Under the pieces are notes generated by a model. The model saw only the letters and a program-made list of their open reading frames with translations. It did no database searches and had not been told where the DNA came from. The translations under genes and the position numbers were made by a program. DNA of 63,670 nt, filler included, from Globobulimina sp. (Eukaryota): assembly GCA_003354225.1 (NCBI GenBank). It is 36 parts of 36 records of this genome, joined end to end, with 100 filler letters (N's around TTAATTAATTAA, not from the genome) between each part and the next. Parts side by side here need not be neighbours in the genome. Positions count along the whole stretch, not along the records: positions 46,065 to 47,735 come from PIVH01013340.1; positions 47,836 to 49,506 come from PIVH01013341.1; positions 49,607 to 51,277 come from PIVH01013342.1; positions 51,378 to 53,048 come from PIVH01013343.1; positions 53,149 to 54,819 come from PIVH01013344.1; positions 54,920 to 56,590 come from PIVH01013345.1; positions 56,691 to 58,360 come from PIVH01013346.1; positions 58,461 to 60,130 come from PIVH01013347.1; 28 more parts are not named here. One strand, 5' to 3'. Below, piece by piece: positions 47,602-60,736 of this stretch (position 1 is its first letter; each line of letters starts with the position of its first letter).

Positions 47602-49982
47602 GATTACTCTGTTGGGTGTGCGAGGATGATTGCCTTCTTCACTTCGAAGTGTTGCGTTTTTTTAGTTGTTTGTTGTTGAAAGAATTAGTTGAACGATATA
47701 TTCCAAAAGATAACCCCCCTGCTTGGATAACTCCCNNNNNNNNNNNNNNNNNNNNNNNNNNNNNNNNNNNNNNNNNNNNTTAATTAATTAANNNNNNNNN
47801 NNNNNNNNNNNNNNNNNNNNNNNNNNNNNNNNNNNTATTTCTGCCAGTCAATTCTTGCTCATCTTCGCTGTCATTGTCATATTCAGCATACTGTTCATCA
47901 TTAATATCCAATAACAATTTATCCTTATATTTCTTTATAGGTTTATATTGCTTATCTTTATACCAAATATCATTTTTAATCTGTGGCTTGTTTGTATATA
48001 TTTCGCCCTCTCTGTCAGTAAACTCAACAAATGCCATTGCTGCATCATCTCTATACCGCCGCCGTGTTGGTATAATGCGGACAAATCCGTCCTTGTGATA
48101 TCTCCACTTATATCTATCTGCCATGACTACGAACATTTTATCCAATGTTTCTTCCTTTTCACAGCGCGATGCCATCTTATGTTGCAATACAAATTTGCCT
48201 GAATATATTCACATTGCATCCCAATCAATTTCCAGAAATTTCAATGAAATAAATACCTCTATCATTGGTCTGATTAAATTTAATTCTTCGCGCCCATTTC
48301 ACCATTGGTTCCACCCACACTTTTAATGCTTGTGCTTTACGTTCAGTTGTTTCTAACCGTTCGTGTTCAACTAAAACGTCTGTCATCTTACTTTGTGTGT
48401 ATATGTTATAAATACAATGTTTTTGAATTGATACGATATAAAGCCAACTAAACCGTAATAGTGCATATCTTTCCGGTGTTGGCAATCCCATTCTTATTTT
48501 TTTCCATTTCAAACCGCAATTGTTAAAAGCTCTACCCATGATTATTTATACAAAAATATTGGTTTTTTGAGTCAAAACTGTCAAATAAATTAATCTCACC
48601 TCTCATCCTCCCGTATCGGAATAACTTAATTAATTTAAGAATTTACCAGACTTTTCTTGTGCATATGAGTCAGGAGAAGGTATATTTTTTGTATGTATTT
48701 GTTACGCAGATCATGGATATACTGTATGTCATTTCATTTAAAAAGTAGTCTCTGGTAGCTCGAATATTTAAAAAATACGGAGTTAAACCAATCGATATTC
48801 CCGTTGGATTGGTCATATTCAATGGTTTATTATGGGTCGAATGGATATCCGTATTTGTTGTGGCAGTCAGGTGTGTGTAATTTACTTTGTATGATCGTGT
48901 ATTTCATGCCATCAATGACATATTTTTTGCAGACGTCGACCATTGAGATATTTACAAATTCACAGCATGCGATTTCAAAATTTTCATACTAGTTTACGTT
49001 CGTGGAAAATATATAATTCATTGGAGCGCCACACAATAAATTCCGCGAATAAAATATCTTCATACAAATGGGCCAAAAGGATTGGAAAAAAACTTGGAAC
49101 TTCATCTGCTGATTTAACATACGGAACAATTGAAACTATCATTGTTTACAATGCATTGTTGCCAGTTTGCTGGGCACCGATTAATTTTGTTTGCGCTGTT
49201 ACTTTTATTCAATATTATCGGTCGTTTATCAATAAAGAAAATGATGGTAATGGACAAGGAAAAAATAACGGAAGAAATGGAAACAATATTACTGTAATAT
49301 CAAATGCCAGGAATATAAGCACTGATAATAATGGAACGAAAATTGTCAATTTTTTGGCTAATATTAAAAAGTTAACCATCGCCTATTTGTTTGAGGAAAG
49401 GAATAAATGATAACAAAGCGTTAGTGTCCAGTTGTTGATTGTGTTTAGTTTGTGACTTTGTGTTGAGTTTGCATCAAAATAAAATTGCTTTTTTTTAGTG
49501 AGCTTGNNNNNNNNNNNNNNNNNNNNNNNNNNNNNNNNNNNNNNNNNNNNTTAATTAATTAANNNNNNNNNNNNNNNNNNNNNNNNNNNNNNNNNNNNNN
49601 NNNNNNCTTGCTTTAAAATTTGCATTGTGATCTAAATTGCTCATTATGTCCAACATTTGCTGGTTGTTTTTGATAGCGACTGTCGAGAACCTTAAGACGA
49701 CATAATATAATCGTTGATATGTTGACCTTTTTTTTAAGGATTGAAATTTTGGATTATTAACAATCGCTGCGATACCGTTTACTAAATCCATTGTTAATTC
49801 TTCTTTTTTTTCTTTACGAATAAATTGATTCGATACACATGCGCCCATTTTTATATTTTAATTTGGTTGCTACGTTGATTTATATGGCGGTGGATGGGGA
49901 CGAACAGATGCTTGGAGAATAAATCAAAAAACAAAACTGTATTAAAAGTTTTTTGTTTCGAATTTCATCAAAATATACAGTT

Positions 49983-50915
49983 TTAGCGATTAAACAATTT
50001 AATTCTCAATAGATCAACTTGAATGTCTTTTGATTTGTGTTTGTGGAACTTATACATTTTGGGCAGATCAAATTTGAGTTTAGCCATAACTTCAACAGAT
50101 TGAACGATAATGGATTGATTATAATCTTTCCATTGGTTATTTTCATTTAATTCATTATGTTTCAGTTTAAATTTATTCAGAAACTGAATCAAATACTTTG
50201 TTGTTGAAGATTTATGCAATGAATAAACACAATCTTTGCTCATTTTCATTGCAATTAACAAAAATAAAATATCAATATGTTGATTACCATCCTTTGTACC
50301 GAATGGTGGGTTCATAAGGCAAATATCACATATTTTTTTGCTGTGAATGTTCCAAAATTGATTATAATCCAAAACATTAAATGACATATTATTCATTCTT
50401 TTAAATCGTGATAACATAAATACAAATTTGTTATGTTCTTCCTTGTTCAGCTCATTTGATTGAGGTTGTTTTCTATTATTTTTTTTATTTTTATTTTTGT
50501 AATACTTATTTTTATTTTTATTATTGATTTTAGTATTTTCTTGATAATCTTTTGGTATTTTAATGTTTGGTAAAAATTGGTACAAATTTAACTGAAATAA
50601 ATCAACACAATCAGTAAATTGTGTATTTGTAACATTTTGTGTGGCAATGTTTAATGAATCAGCATCAATGTCAAATGCCATAACATGTTTAGCTCCGCAT
50701 AAAACCGCAGCAATTGAAAGTATGCCTGAGCCACAACCTAAATCAACAACAATTTTATCATTCAAATCATTATATCTGGACTCGATTAAAAAACACATTC
50801 TTGATGCAATATGCGACGATGTTGAATATTGTTCCAACCATTCCTTTGGTTCTTTGAATGTATCCAATTGTTCCAATACACTTTCTATGTTCTTCAAACT
50901 ATTCTGTCTGTTCAT
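49983..50915 (-). CDS. METTL5: 18S rRNA m6A methyltransferase METTL5
   Basis: LEQYST, VVDLGCGSG, MNPPFGTK, VYSLHKSST, YKFHK..SKDIQVD; N/K-rich insert. Confidence 0.92.
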   Translation of the reverse strand: MNRQNSLKNIESVLEQLDTFKEPKEWLEQYSTSSHIASRMCFLIESRYNDLNDKIVVDLGCGSGILSIAAVLCGAKHVMAFDIDADSLNIATQNVTNTQFTDCVDLFQLNLYQFLPNIKIPKDYQENTKINNKNKNKYYKNKNKKNNRKQPQSNELNKEEHNKFVFMLSRFKRMNNMSFNVLDYNQFWNIHSKKICDICLMNPPFGTKDGNQHIDILFLLIAMKMSKDCVYSLHKSSTTKYLIQFLNKFKLKHNELNENNQWKDYNQSIIVQSVEVMAKLKFDLPKMYKFHKHKSKDIQVDLLRIKLFNR

Positions 50916-51865
50916 TATCCTTAGTTCTAACTAGAAAAAAACACTTCACTGGCTTTTACTACATTTTACAAACCATAAAATCCAATCTCGATAAAATGCT
51001 CAATTGATGAATGAAAATCCAAAGGTACGATATGTGTAAACACCACAGAGATATAATGTATTGTATATGCTTTTGTGCATTTTTCCCATAAAACTATTCA
51101 AAAAGGCAGAAACCATAAATATTATCATTATGAGAAAATTAAATATATTCTTTCTTTCTTTTATTTCAATTCTCTTATAATACTTGAAAATATTTATCCC
51201 CTTGGGAAAAGCGATTTTTTGAGCTTCCCATGGGTTTTGTTTAATTAATATGGAACTAGTTGGATTTATTTGGAAAANNNNNNNNNNNNNNNNNNNNNNN
51301 NNNNNNNNNNNNNNNNNNNNNTTAATTAATTAANNNNNNNNNNNNNNNNNNNNNNNNNNNNNNNNNNNNNNNNNNNNGATCTCTGAGACGTCGGCTTTAT
51401 AAATTGTTTGGTCCAATATTGGGGATTTCTCCATTCTGGCTCATCCGGCCAGGCATAGCGCATTATAGTGTCAATAGAATCTGTGTCCTCCACTCTGCAC
51501 GGCCTCACTTCGTATGCTGTTGATTTGGCTAAAGATATGGGGTCAGATACTGCGTGGTGCAAAGCTGGAGGAGCATCGTTTAAGTCTGATTTGGCATCAT
51601 TTGAGTGTAGATGTAAAATGCACGATGAATCTGAGCGTTTGAAATTACGTAAACTTACATCTCCTGACATTATTTAATATGCAAAGATAAATTAAACTTT
51701 GGAACTCAAAGTAGCCAGTACTGAGCATGGGTCAAACAAACGACACAGGGAAGAATATTGGCGACGACGACGGTTTGTCAGATAATATGTTGATTATAAT
51801 TTGAATCTTAATTACAGAAACGTTGCAATTGTAATTCAGAAATAAACTGTTTCCAAGAATCAATA

Positions 51866-53048
51866 GTGCATATTACTGGCGATGAGAGGCGACCAATTAC
51901 AGAATCAATACATAACAAAGAAGACATTATAAAATGTATTGGCCAGTTAGAGGTTAATTATTCATACATTCAACAAGAATATAAACTGACGGAATGGGGC
52001 ACAGCCACCGTATTTAAGACAAATAAAAAACAGTGTTTTGCTGTGAGTGCTGCTCATAATATTCGAAGGCAAATAAAAGAATGTGGGAAATGTATGAAAT
52101 ATATGGAATGTGCAATAAATGAAAGAAATGTTATTAAATGCATCCATTGTAATTGTGATAGATTGCAAAATATAATAATCGCAGCAACAAAAATATTGTT
52201 TCGAAGAAGGGAAATCAAGCATGAATCGTCAGTGTATGATGAAGAAGAGAAAGAAACCACACATTATAAATTTGGAGACAATCGAAAGTGTTATAAATGT
52301 AAATGTGAATATGTGGATGATGCCAATTATAATATCTATCCATTACCAACCAATGGCTTTGATTTTTGTCTATTATCCTTTGTAAACGATGATAAATATA
52401 AATATGCAAATTATTGTAAAAATATAAGGTTTAAAAATGAGATGAATGGCTTAACAAATCAAAATATCGCAATGTTCCATATTTTTGGATATCCAATGAC
52501 TGAAAAATCAAAATACCATAAAATGTATGGAATGGAATCGAGTTCAAATAATTATTGGCTTAAAAAATCAAGAAAAAGCAATAAATATTATTTGAAACAG
52601 AGGGAGATTGATAGTACGGGCGGGCAGTCCGGATCTGCCATTTGGTACAAAACAAATAATAAAACAGTAATATTTGCGGTTCATTCTGGAGGGAATAGCA
52701 AAGCACAAAAAAAATATAATGTTGCCACTGTTATCAATGATGAAATGTTGCACGAAATCAAACAAGTTCATTTTGAAAGGATTACATTATATGAATTATA
52801 TTCGATTGGTAAAAACGATGTGGGACAACAAGGAAACGGAGCAAATGAACATATTAAAAAAATAACAAAAATAAAAACATTTAAAAAAAAAATAAAAAAT
52901 ATTGTTACTTGTGGTGGTTATGGTGGTGTAGCAGCATATATTTTATTTGATGATGATGAAACATATGAATGTTGCGGCAATAATAGTAGGGGTGTATTAG
53001 GTGTTGGGCGTTATAATAATATTAATAAATGGCATCAAATAAGAAATA
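51866..53048 (+). CDS. Trypsin-like (V8-type) serine protease fused to RCC1-like repeats; start uncertain, 3' truncated
   Basis: SAAHN, DFCLL and GGQSGSAIW triad motifs; YSIGKNDVGQQGNG and CGNNSRGVLGVG RCC1-like motifs. Confidence 0.75.
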
Positions 53049-53148
53049 NNNNNNNNNNNNNNNNNNNNNNNNNNNNNNNNNNNNNNNNNNNNTTAATTAA
53101 TTAANNNNNNNNNNNNNNNNNNNNNNNNNNNNNNNNNNNNNNNNNNNN

Positions 53149-54677
53149 TCAAACTCAATTGGTTCAATTTCTTGCAACAAAACATAATTATTTCGACAAA
53201 ATAATTGTTTATTTTTAATATATATTTTATATTTAATATTATCTTCGATTTTAATTTCTTCATTATATTTAAATGTAATTTTTACTTTATCTCGGATTGC
53301 ATTGTTATTTATGCCATCTAATGCTACCACTTTATATTTACAATCCATAAAACAATCATCATCAGCTTCCATACTATCATTTATTTTTAGTTTAAATAAA
53401 CTATGCGTATTTCGATGATCATAAATTTTAAATGTTGAAGATCTAATTTTATACTCACATTTAAATTCATTTTTTAACCTTAACTCTTCATACAAACGCA
53501 ACAAAACACAGACGGTGTTGCCAATACACGTTGCTTTATATAAAGCGGGATGTTTCCTAATTATTGCAGTGAATTGGGGTTCATACTTAAATCCGATTTG
53601 ATTATAAAATGCTTCCGGATTTGTAATTTTATGCTTTATTGATTTTAAACTATATAACAAATGATCCACTTTATTATTCTCATCGTTTGTAAAATTATTC
53701 GTTTTACCCGTCGATAAATATTGATCACTTAATACAAATTCAGATTCATTTTTAAATTGTGATATCCAGTCCACACATATTCCTTTGATTAATTTAAAAG
53801 GATTGATATATGAACTTTTTATATCAAATGTGAGCCCTTTTGAATCAGAAAAGGAATCACCAAATGAGTCCGCCACTGCTTTATCTAATGTTGTACTGAT
53901 TGGCCCATCAAACCTAAAGGAATCTGAATCCACTGCTAATGTTTGTATATTTAATCCATGATAAATGTAATCTGTTTTGTAGAGGTTTACTGGAGCAGCA
54001 TGATACAACATTGTTTTGTATAATTGCAATGCCCACAAATAAAAATCGCAACGTGTCTGTTTGGACGAGGATCTCCAAAATGCTTTGCAAAGTTGTGATT
54101 GATATAATGTTGTATCAGTGTATAATTTCAATGCTAATAATTCCAACAATGTATAATATTTATTTTTATTTGTTATTAATTTGAGAAAACATTCTTGTTT
54201 AAATAAAAGAAATAATTTATCATCAAATGTTGAGTGTGGATTATTGATAATCTCTTCATCAAATGTTTTAAATGTCGAGTTTTCTCCATATGATAACCAG
54301 TTAAGTACTGACTCGGTACCGACAGCTCTTGTGGTTACATATCGTGTTTCTTTTGTTTTTAATCGAAATAATTGCAATTCTGAATGTAATATATATGAAT
54401 GAATACTATTTAAAATTCCATTGACCATTTCCTCAAAATTATTAATATTGTCATTATTATTCGCTTCCTCTTCTGCCGTTTCATTCTGATTCATTTGTTT
54501 TCGATGAGTATGTTTTAATAAAACTGAACATTTACTTTTCTGACTACATTCGCCAAGTTTGCCATAAACATATTTCTTTACATCATTAATCAAGCCCTCT
54601 TCTTGCATTTTTTCATCTGCTGTTTCTGTATCATTTTCATAATGATTTCTGGAGTTTTTTCTACAAAAACCATGCAC
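53149..54677 (-). CDS. ADP-ribosyltransferase-fold (ARTC/exotoxin-like) domain protein, partial
   Basis: ALKLYTD, IYHG, GPISTTLDKAVA..F and WISQFKNESEFVL. Confidence 0.65.
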
Positions 54678-55564
54678 AGAAATTATATGGTCATAAGCTT
54701 CCGATAAGTACGAGATATCAAATTTATTTAAGTTTTCTTTACTTACATAAAATGATAACGATTCAAATGTCGTTAATGAATCAATTATATATTTAATATA
54801 TGGACATTGTGATAAGTCANNNNNNNNNNNNNNNNNNNNNNNNNNNNNNNNNNNNNNNNNNNNTTAATTAATTAANNNNNNNNNNNNNNNNNNNNNNNNN
54901 NNNNNNNNNNNNNNNNNNNAATATATTTATCATATTAGTTCTTTATATGAGAGGTCGCGAGAAAAGGACATCAACGGATTATTAAAAAGTGCGCGATATT
55001 GGAATGTGGATGAATTGGAAGGTCAATTGCAAGCAGTTGTAATTGGCAGTTATTTACATGAATTAATTAATATTTTGACAAATATCATAAGTGATTGTCC
55101 CATTGATATTATTTATATTATCTCTGAATTGGTGGGGAATGCAATAATTTGGCTACGGAAACCTGGGTTAAATATATTTAAATGGTCTGCTAAATATAAA
55201 ACGAAAAGGAAATTAAAACTTGAATATCACGCCTTTGACGACAATGAGTTTTTTTATAGCGGCTACATTGATTTTAAGGTCAAAGAATTGCTTTTATTAA
55301 ATGATAATTGTACGCAGTATTTGGATTTGGATTGGTTTTTTGTGGTATTTCTATTGTTAGGATTAATCCCCAAGAATAAAAATCGATATTTTCGATGGTA
55401 TTTTTCACAAAAATTATTGTCTGCATTTCCGGGAACTTATCCATTTAAGCTGTTGTTAAACACGTAAACAAAGTGTCCGCGTGTTATTTTAATTTTGTGT
55501 TCCCGTTTTTGTGTTTGTTCCAACGCCATAAACAAATTGGCGCTGGCTTCTAGATACACTGAAC

Positions 55565-56590
55565 TTGAGTTATAACTTGTTTTCTTTAAGCATGTCACTG
55601 CAACTTTTGCCTGTTCTCGTTTACCTATCTCTCATTTTGCAGGCAACTAATTCAGATTCAGATTGTCAATATGCGTTTTCTGAAATCAATCCCAATATAC
55701 CAATAAAGTTGCATCAATGTAACGATATGTACTATCCATCTCCAGCTGGAGGAGCCTACAGTTCATGGCATCAATACTGCGGCGATTCTGGTTATTTGGT
55801 GTATCATATGTTTACTGAATTCAGTTATGAACATTGTGCACATTTCAGTTATGCTGACAGTGTGGTAGGAAACACACGTTGTTATAATCATACATCGGTT
55901 ACAAAATGTAAAACTGTAACGATGAAAACATATTTAGTACCCGGCGAATATGAATATATACGCGACACCGAACCGTTTGTTTTACCGTCGAATCTGAAAC
56001 ATGGATGTTTTAACGGAAAGAAAGGGCAAAGTTATTATGTCGGCGAGTCTGTTATATATGATATTTGTTTACCGAATCCTGGAAATCTACAACTTCCCTT
56101 TGTTAAAAGTGAATATAATGCGGGCGGATCAGGCTTTGCCGACATAAATTGCAGTTATACAGTTAACTATTATTCGGATAAAAAATGTGAAAATAAAATC
56201 GGATCCGCACATTATAATGAGAGCTGTACAGATATTCTTGTAACTGATCATAGTGAGCATGGATTTAGTTATGATTTCCCAGAATGTTATGATTTTATGG
56301 ACACTGTAAATGTGCTTATCATTGCATCTGTCAATGGTTGTTTTGTGTGTATTTGCTGTTGTTGCATTGTAGCATGCAATAAAGACAAACTTGCTGCAAA
56401 GTATGGAAAATGGAGAAGAAGAAGGCAGCAACAGAACAATGTTAGAAATGTGGAATTATCGATTAATGCCAGAAGGAGTGGAGAGGAGAGAAAAGCAAAA
56501 ACATTGCATGAGGCACCAAACAAAGCCACAAAATCAGTAACTAAGGCACCAATAAACTATCATATTGGAGATGTAATGATTGATAAACAA
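55565..56590 (+). CDS. Cys-rich type I membrane protein
   Basis: Signal peptide, Cys-rich ectodomain, TM ending CICCCC, basic stop-transfer sequence. Confidence 0.65.
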
Positions 56591-56690
56591 NNNNNNNNNN
56601 NNNNNNNNNNNNNNNNNNNNNNNNNNNNNNNNNNTTAATTAATTAANNNNNNNNNNNNNNNNNNNNNNNNNNNNNNNNNNNNNNNNNNNN

Positions 56691-56872
56691 GTCATTAATG
56701 GGCCAACAATATCAACGGATATTTGCTGAAATGGTCTCGTGGCTGGAAATAATTTGATTTTATGCGATTTTTTACTGCGTTGATGTGAGCCAATTTTGAC
56801 ACGTTGACATGTATCGCATGTTGTGGCGTACCAATGTATTTCACGTCGCATCTTTGGCCACCAATATACCAC
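56691..56872 (-). mobile_element. Ty3/gypsy integrase fragment (zinc-binding region to start of rve core)
   Basis: YWWPKMRREIHWYATTCDTCQRVK...RPFQQISVDIVGPL. Confidence 0.85.
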
Positions 56873-57176
56873 ATCTTCACTTGTTTTTGTTAACTTTTCT
56901 CGATCTCAAAGAGAAATAAGTGATTAGTGATAGGCTGTGATGTCACTGGTGTATGGATATTAATATTATAATTAAGATGGATACACAACTGCCACACCGT
57001 AAGGTAGCATATTAAAAGTATTTCCTCGCATATTATAAACATAGGCAGGTCCATTGCCAGATTGTTGATCAATTACATACAATTTCCCACCATCCACGCC
57101 ATTAAAACTCGATCACACTTACATTTCGATTCACTTTATTCACAATTGAATTAATATTTTTATTCACAATTTATTC

Positions 57177-58270
57177 TTAAATGTTGTTTGAAGCAAAGTG
57201 TCGCCGATCTAGCTCAAAATGTTCTATTAACAATTTCAATAACCAATATCTTGCATTTCCAACACCAGTTTCCCAATCAAGTTCTATCAACTGCGATTGT
57301 CCCATAATGTCAACTCCTTCAATCACTAATTGAGGGAACAAATAAGCAAACATTGCTGCTGCAGCATTCCAATATAAATATAAATCTGGCGGATTGGCAC
57401 TGTTAACGTTCCAATTGTCTCCAGGCAATATCACACCAATTTCATTAATATCGAGTTTCGTATTTGGCGACAACGCATCGCGTATTTTGGTAATATTCCG
57501 TACCTCAACAACAAAATCATCGATCCACTGCAACTCGCATAGAAATGAAATGAAATATAATCAGAAAGTATTCATAATAATTCCACTGTTTATGTGAGCC
57601 CAGCGACAAACCCATAAATTTGATCTCATGCTTTGGATCGGCATATTTCCAGATCCCTGAAACAATCGCATCATATAACACTGTGTAGGTTTGCGGCAAG
57701 AGACGATGTTCCATTTCGTTCAATATCTCCCAAGTATCAATTAAAAAATTAAAATTACTTTCATACACAGTGCCATATTCATCCGTAAATCCGCCATTTG
57801 CGTACCAACTCACCTGCAGTTAATACAAATATCTGAGCATAAATAAATAAAATATAGATTTACATACAAGTTTGCCATAATATTCGCCCACTGCTTCTGC
57901 TGTGGGATCGAGCAAAGTGTTGCCTTCATTGTACCACCAACTGCAATCAAATGGATTGTCCGTAAGCCCAGCTCCATAATCCACGCCTTCCCATTTCCAA
58001 TTTGGTATCGTAGAGAAGTTTATCACTGTTTTATTTTTCGGGTTCACACTGTTCATAAAATCTTGCATCAGCGGATCGAGTAAAGTGAAATCCCAATTTG
58101 AATAATTGTAGGCTTCGCTGCAAGTGACTTGAATGGCAAATTGTTTTACAGTGTTATAGCAAGGATCGCCACCAAACGTATCGATATTTACTGGAATTGT
58201 GCACGAATTCTTGTTTAAACAATATGGTCGTGAGACATCCATCGAGTTTGCTGCATGGCATTTGCCAGGA
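57177..58270 (-). pseudogene. SUEL lectin + clan-A glycoside hydrolase (GH39-like), fragmented
   Basis: FGGDPCYNTVKQFAIQVTC lectin; WDFTLLDP, WEILNEMEH and INEIG motifs; frames broken near 57540. Confidence 0.6.
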
Positions 58271-59697
58271 ACAAATCAGCAACTACCAAATAACAGCCTC
58301 GAAAAATCAAAGCTTGCCTTGTCTCTAGATCTCAGCCACAAAGAACGCCAGCGACAGCAANNNNNNNNNNNNNNNNNNNNNNNNNNNNNNNNNNNNNNNN
58401 NNNNTTAATTAATTAANNNNNNNNNNNNNNNNNNNNNNNNNNNNNNNNNNNNNNNNNNNNTTTCCTGCGATAATAGCTGAACGTTTGGAAGGTCAAACAA
58501 ATGGTATTAAAGAACACAAAACAGATATCAAAAGTCAAAATCCAGCAATATGAAATTCATGGACGAATCCATCAAATATCAATCTCAGGTCGCTCGGATA
58601 TCCTTTCTCAACGCAATGTGTAACATTCAAGCCGCATAACGCAGTTCAGATATCATTCACTGCGCCAGATTCTGGATTATATTCATATGCAATATGGGCG
58701 CAAGACTTCAAGTTGCATGGCATAGCACATTAAATAAATTGCAAAAGAAATAGAAACAAAGCAAATGAAAGAAGTATCACAACAATTTATCCAAATATTA
58801 TGCTAAGTGGAATATAACATATAATATGATCTGCAAAATTGAATTAAGAGAATTGGAATTTTATAAATGGAGAAATATCTCCACGCTGGAAAAAAATTAG
58901 CAACGCCAGAATATTATGTCTCAATTCATTGTCTGAATTTATTGACAGAAAGATTTGTAGATCAATGGAATTACCAATTTCATACTTGGTGAATACTTAT
59001 TTACTCAACTTTTTTCATACACACTCACACCAACACTGCCGACATATTATTTTATTTTATTTTATTTTGTTAGTGATGAATTTTTTGGGAAAAAATCATT
59101 GTGACTTATTACATTTTATTATTTTCTTTTTTGTTTTCTTTTGATTGACTTCTTTAACAATGTTGCAAACTTTGTTTGTATCTGTTTTTGTCTGGGTTAT
59201 GCGCACTTATGCGCAAATTTACCGGCTGGCTATTATTTATTGACTTGCCTCTTTTCATTTAGGCAAGCACTCTTAATTTAAAACTCTATTCATATTCCCC
59301 CGTTTTCCAAAAAAACCACCATTTCTGCCAAATATTGACATTTATCTATGGTTTTGTTGCACATAATCGGAAAATGATATTGCTCAACAACAAAAAAAAT
59401 TGCTTAGTAAATAAACTACAGTGAAGAACATGTCGCAGAAGATCACAAAGTATCCAGTCGAATTTTAAATTGATAATGTTGAAAACATTTGTTCTGGATT
59501 TGCAAACCCAAGAAAAAGTTAGAACAAACCCATAACAAACCCGCTATAGAAATCACTTTATGACGCTCAGAACACACACCACACAAAAGAGCAGACAGAG
59601 CTCACGCCACAAACAAGAGCAGTTTCTGTATAAAAGTATAATTGAATATAAATATAAACATTTGAAATTTTGCACTTGATGTAATTTTATTATATAT

Positions 59698-60130
59698 TTA
59701 AAAAAATCCACGTTTCTTTTTAGCATTGTTTTGTTTCCATTTTGGTAATTTATAAAACTCATCCTTTCCAATTTGAAATACTGTAACAAAATCCTCATCA
59801 CTTAAATATTTCTCTTTATCTGCACCAGTCATGTTTTTTGCCTCCTCAATAGACAACACATCAGCTGTTGTAATTGCAGGATACGCCATGACATCCTCCT
59901 CTTTAGGCGATAATGGCGTTGCCTCATCCATTGCCATTGCATCCATATTAGTAATCCCAATGCCACCAACATACGGCGGAGGTAAACCAGACCCAGACAA
60001 CTGAGGCAAGCCACCACTATGTTTACTACCAGCATCAATTGGCGGTGGTGGAGGTCTCATAACTGGAGCTTTTCTTGTTGATTTTCCTTTTTTTTTCCCT
60101 GCAGAGCCTACTTTCCTCGTCACATAATAT
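59698..60130 (-). CDS. Villin-headpiece-containing protein, C-terminus
   Basis: KEKYLSDEDFVTVFQIGKDEFYKLPKWKQNNAKKKRGFF. Confidence 0.9.
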
Positions 60131-60501
60131 NNNNNNNNNNNNNNNNNNNNNNNNNNNNNNNNNNNNNNNNNNNNTTAATTAATTAANNNNNNNNNNNNNN
60201 NNNNNNNNNNNNNNNNNNNNNNNNNNNNNNCAAGAAACGCGTAATACGTACGGCAAACCCTAAAGTAGAGCATCTGTCTTTGTACCAATTGTGCTGTAAA
60301 TACCATTACTTTGTAAACACAATGGGGACAAATAGAAACAATATAAGGTCAAATGGAGACAGCATTTGTAGACTTGCGAATATTTGCCGTATATTGTTTC
60401 AGTTGTACATACGTACAACCTTGTTTTAGATTTATTGCATGGCTCTGAAAATTCTTGCCAATATGTAAAATATGAATAGAATTTAAAATAAGATTGCATA
60501 C

Positions 60502-60736
60502 CAACACGATCTCCAATATTTATATTATAATTATTTTTTAATAATGATGCAATTTTGGTTGCACGGCGTTGAGCATCAATATATTTCATTCTATCTGTTG
60601 TACCATCTTTTAATAAGGTTACTATTTCTGATGAAGGTTGCAATAAACAACCTCTTTCAAATAATTTCCTGATATTTAGTTGGTATGAATCGTTCATTGT
60701 TGATGGAACGCCTAACATTGGTTTAGTGCCTGCCAT
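60502..60736 (-). CDS. Acyl-CoA synthetase (AMP-binding) first exon
   Basis: STMNDSYQLNIRKLFERG...EIVT...RATKIASLL...IGDRVG followed by a GTATGC donor. Confidence 0.6.

Noticed and set aside
47836-48540. Possible retroelement ORF1 remnant on the minus strand
   Set aside because: Broken frames and no motif that I can identify with confidence
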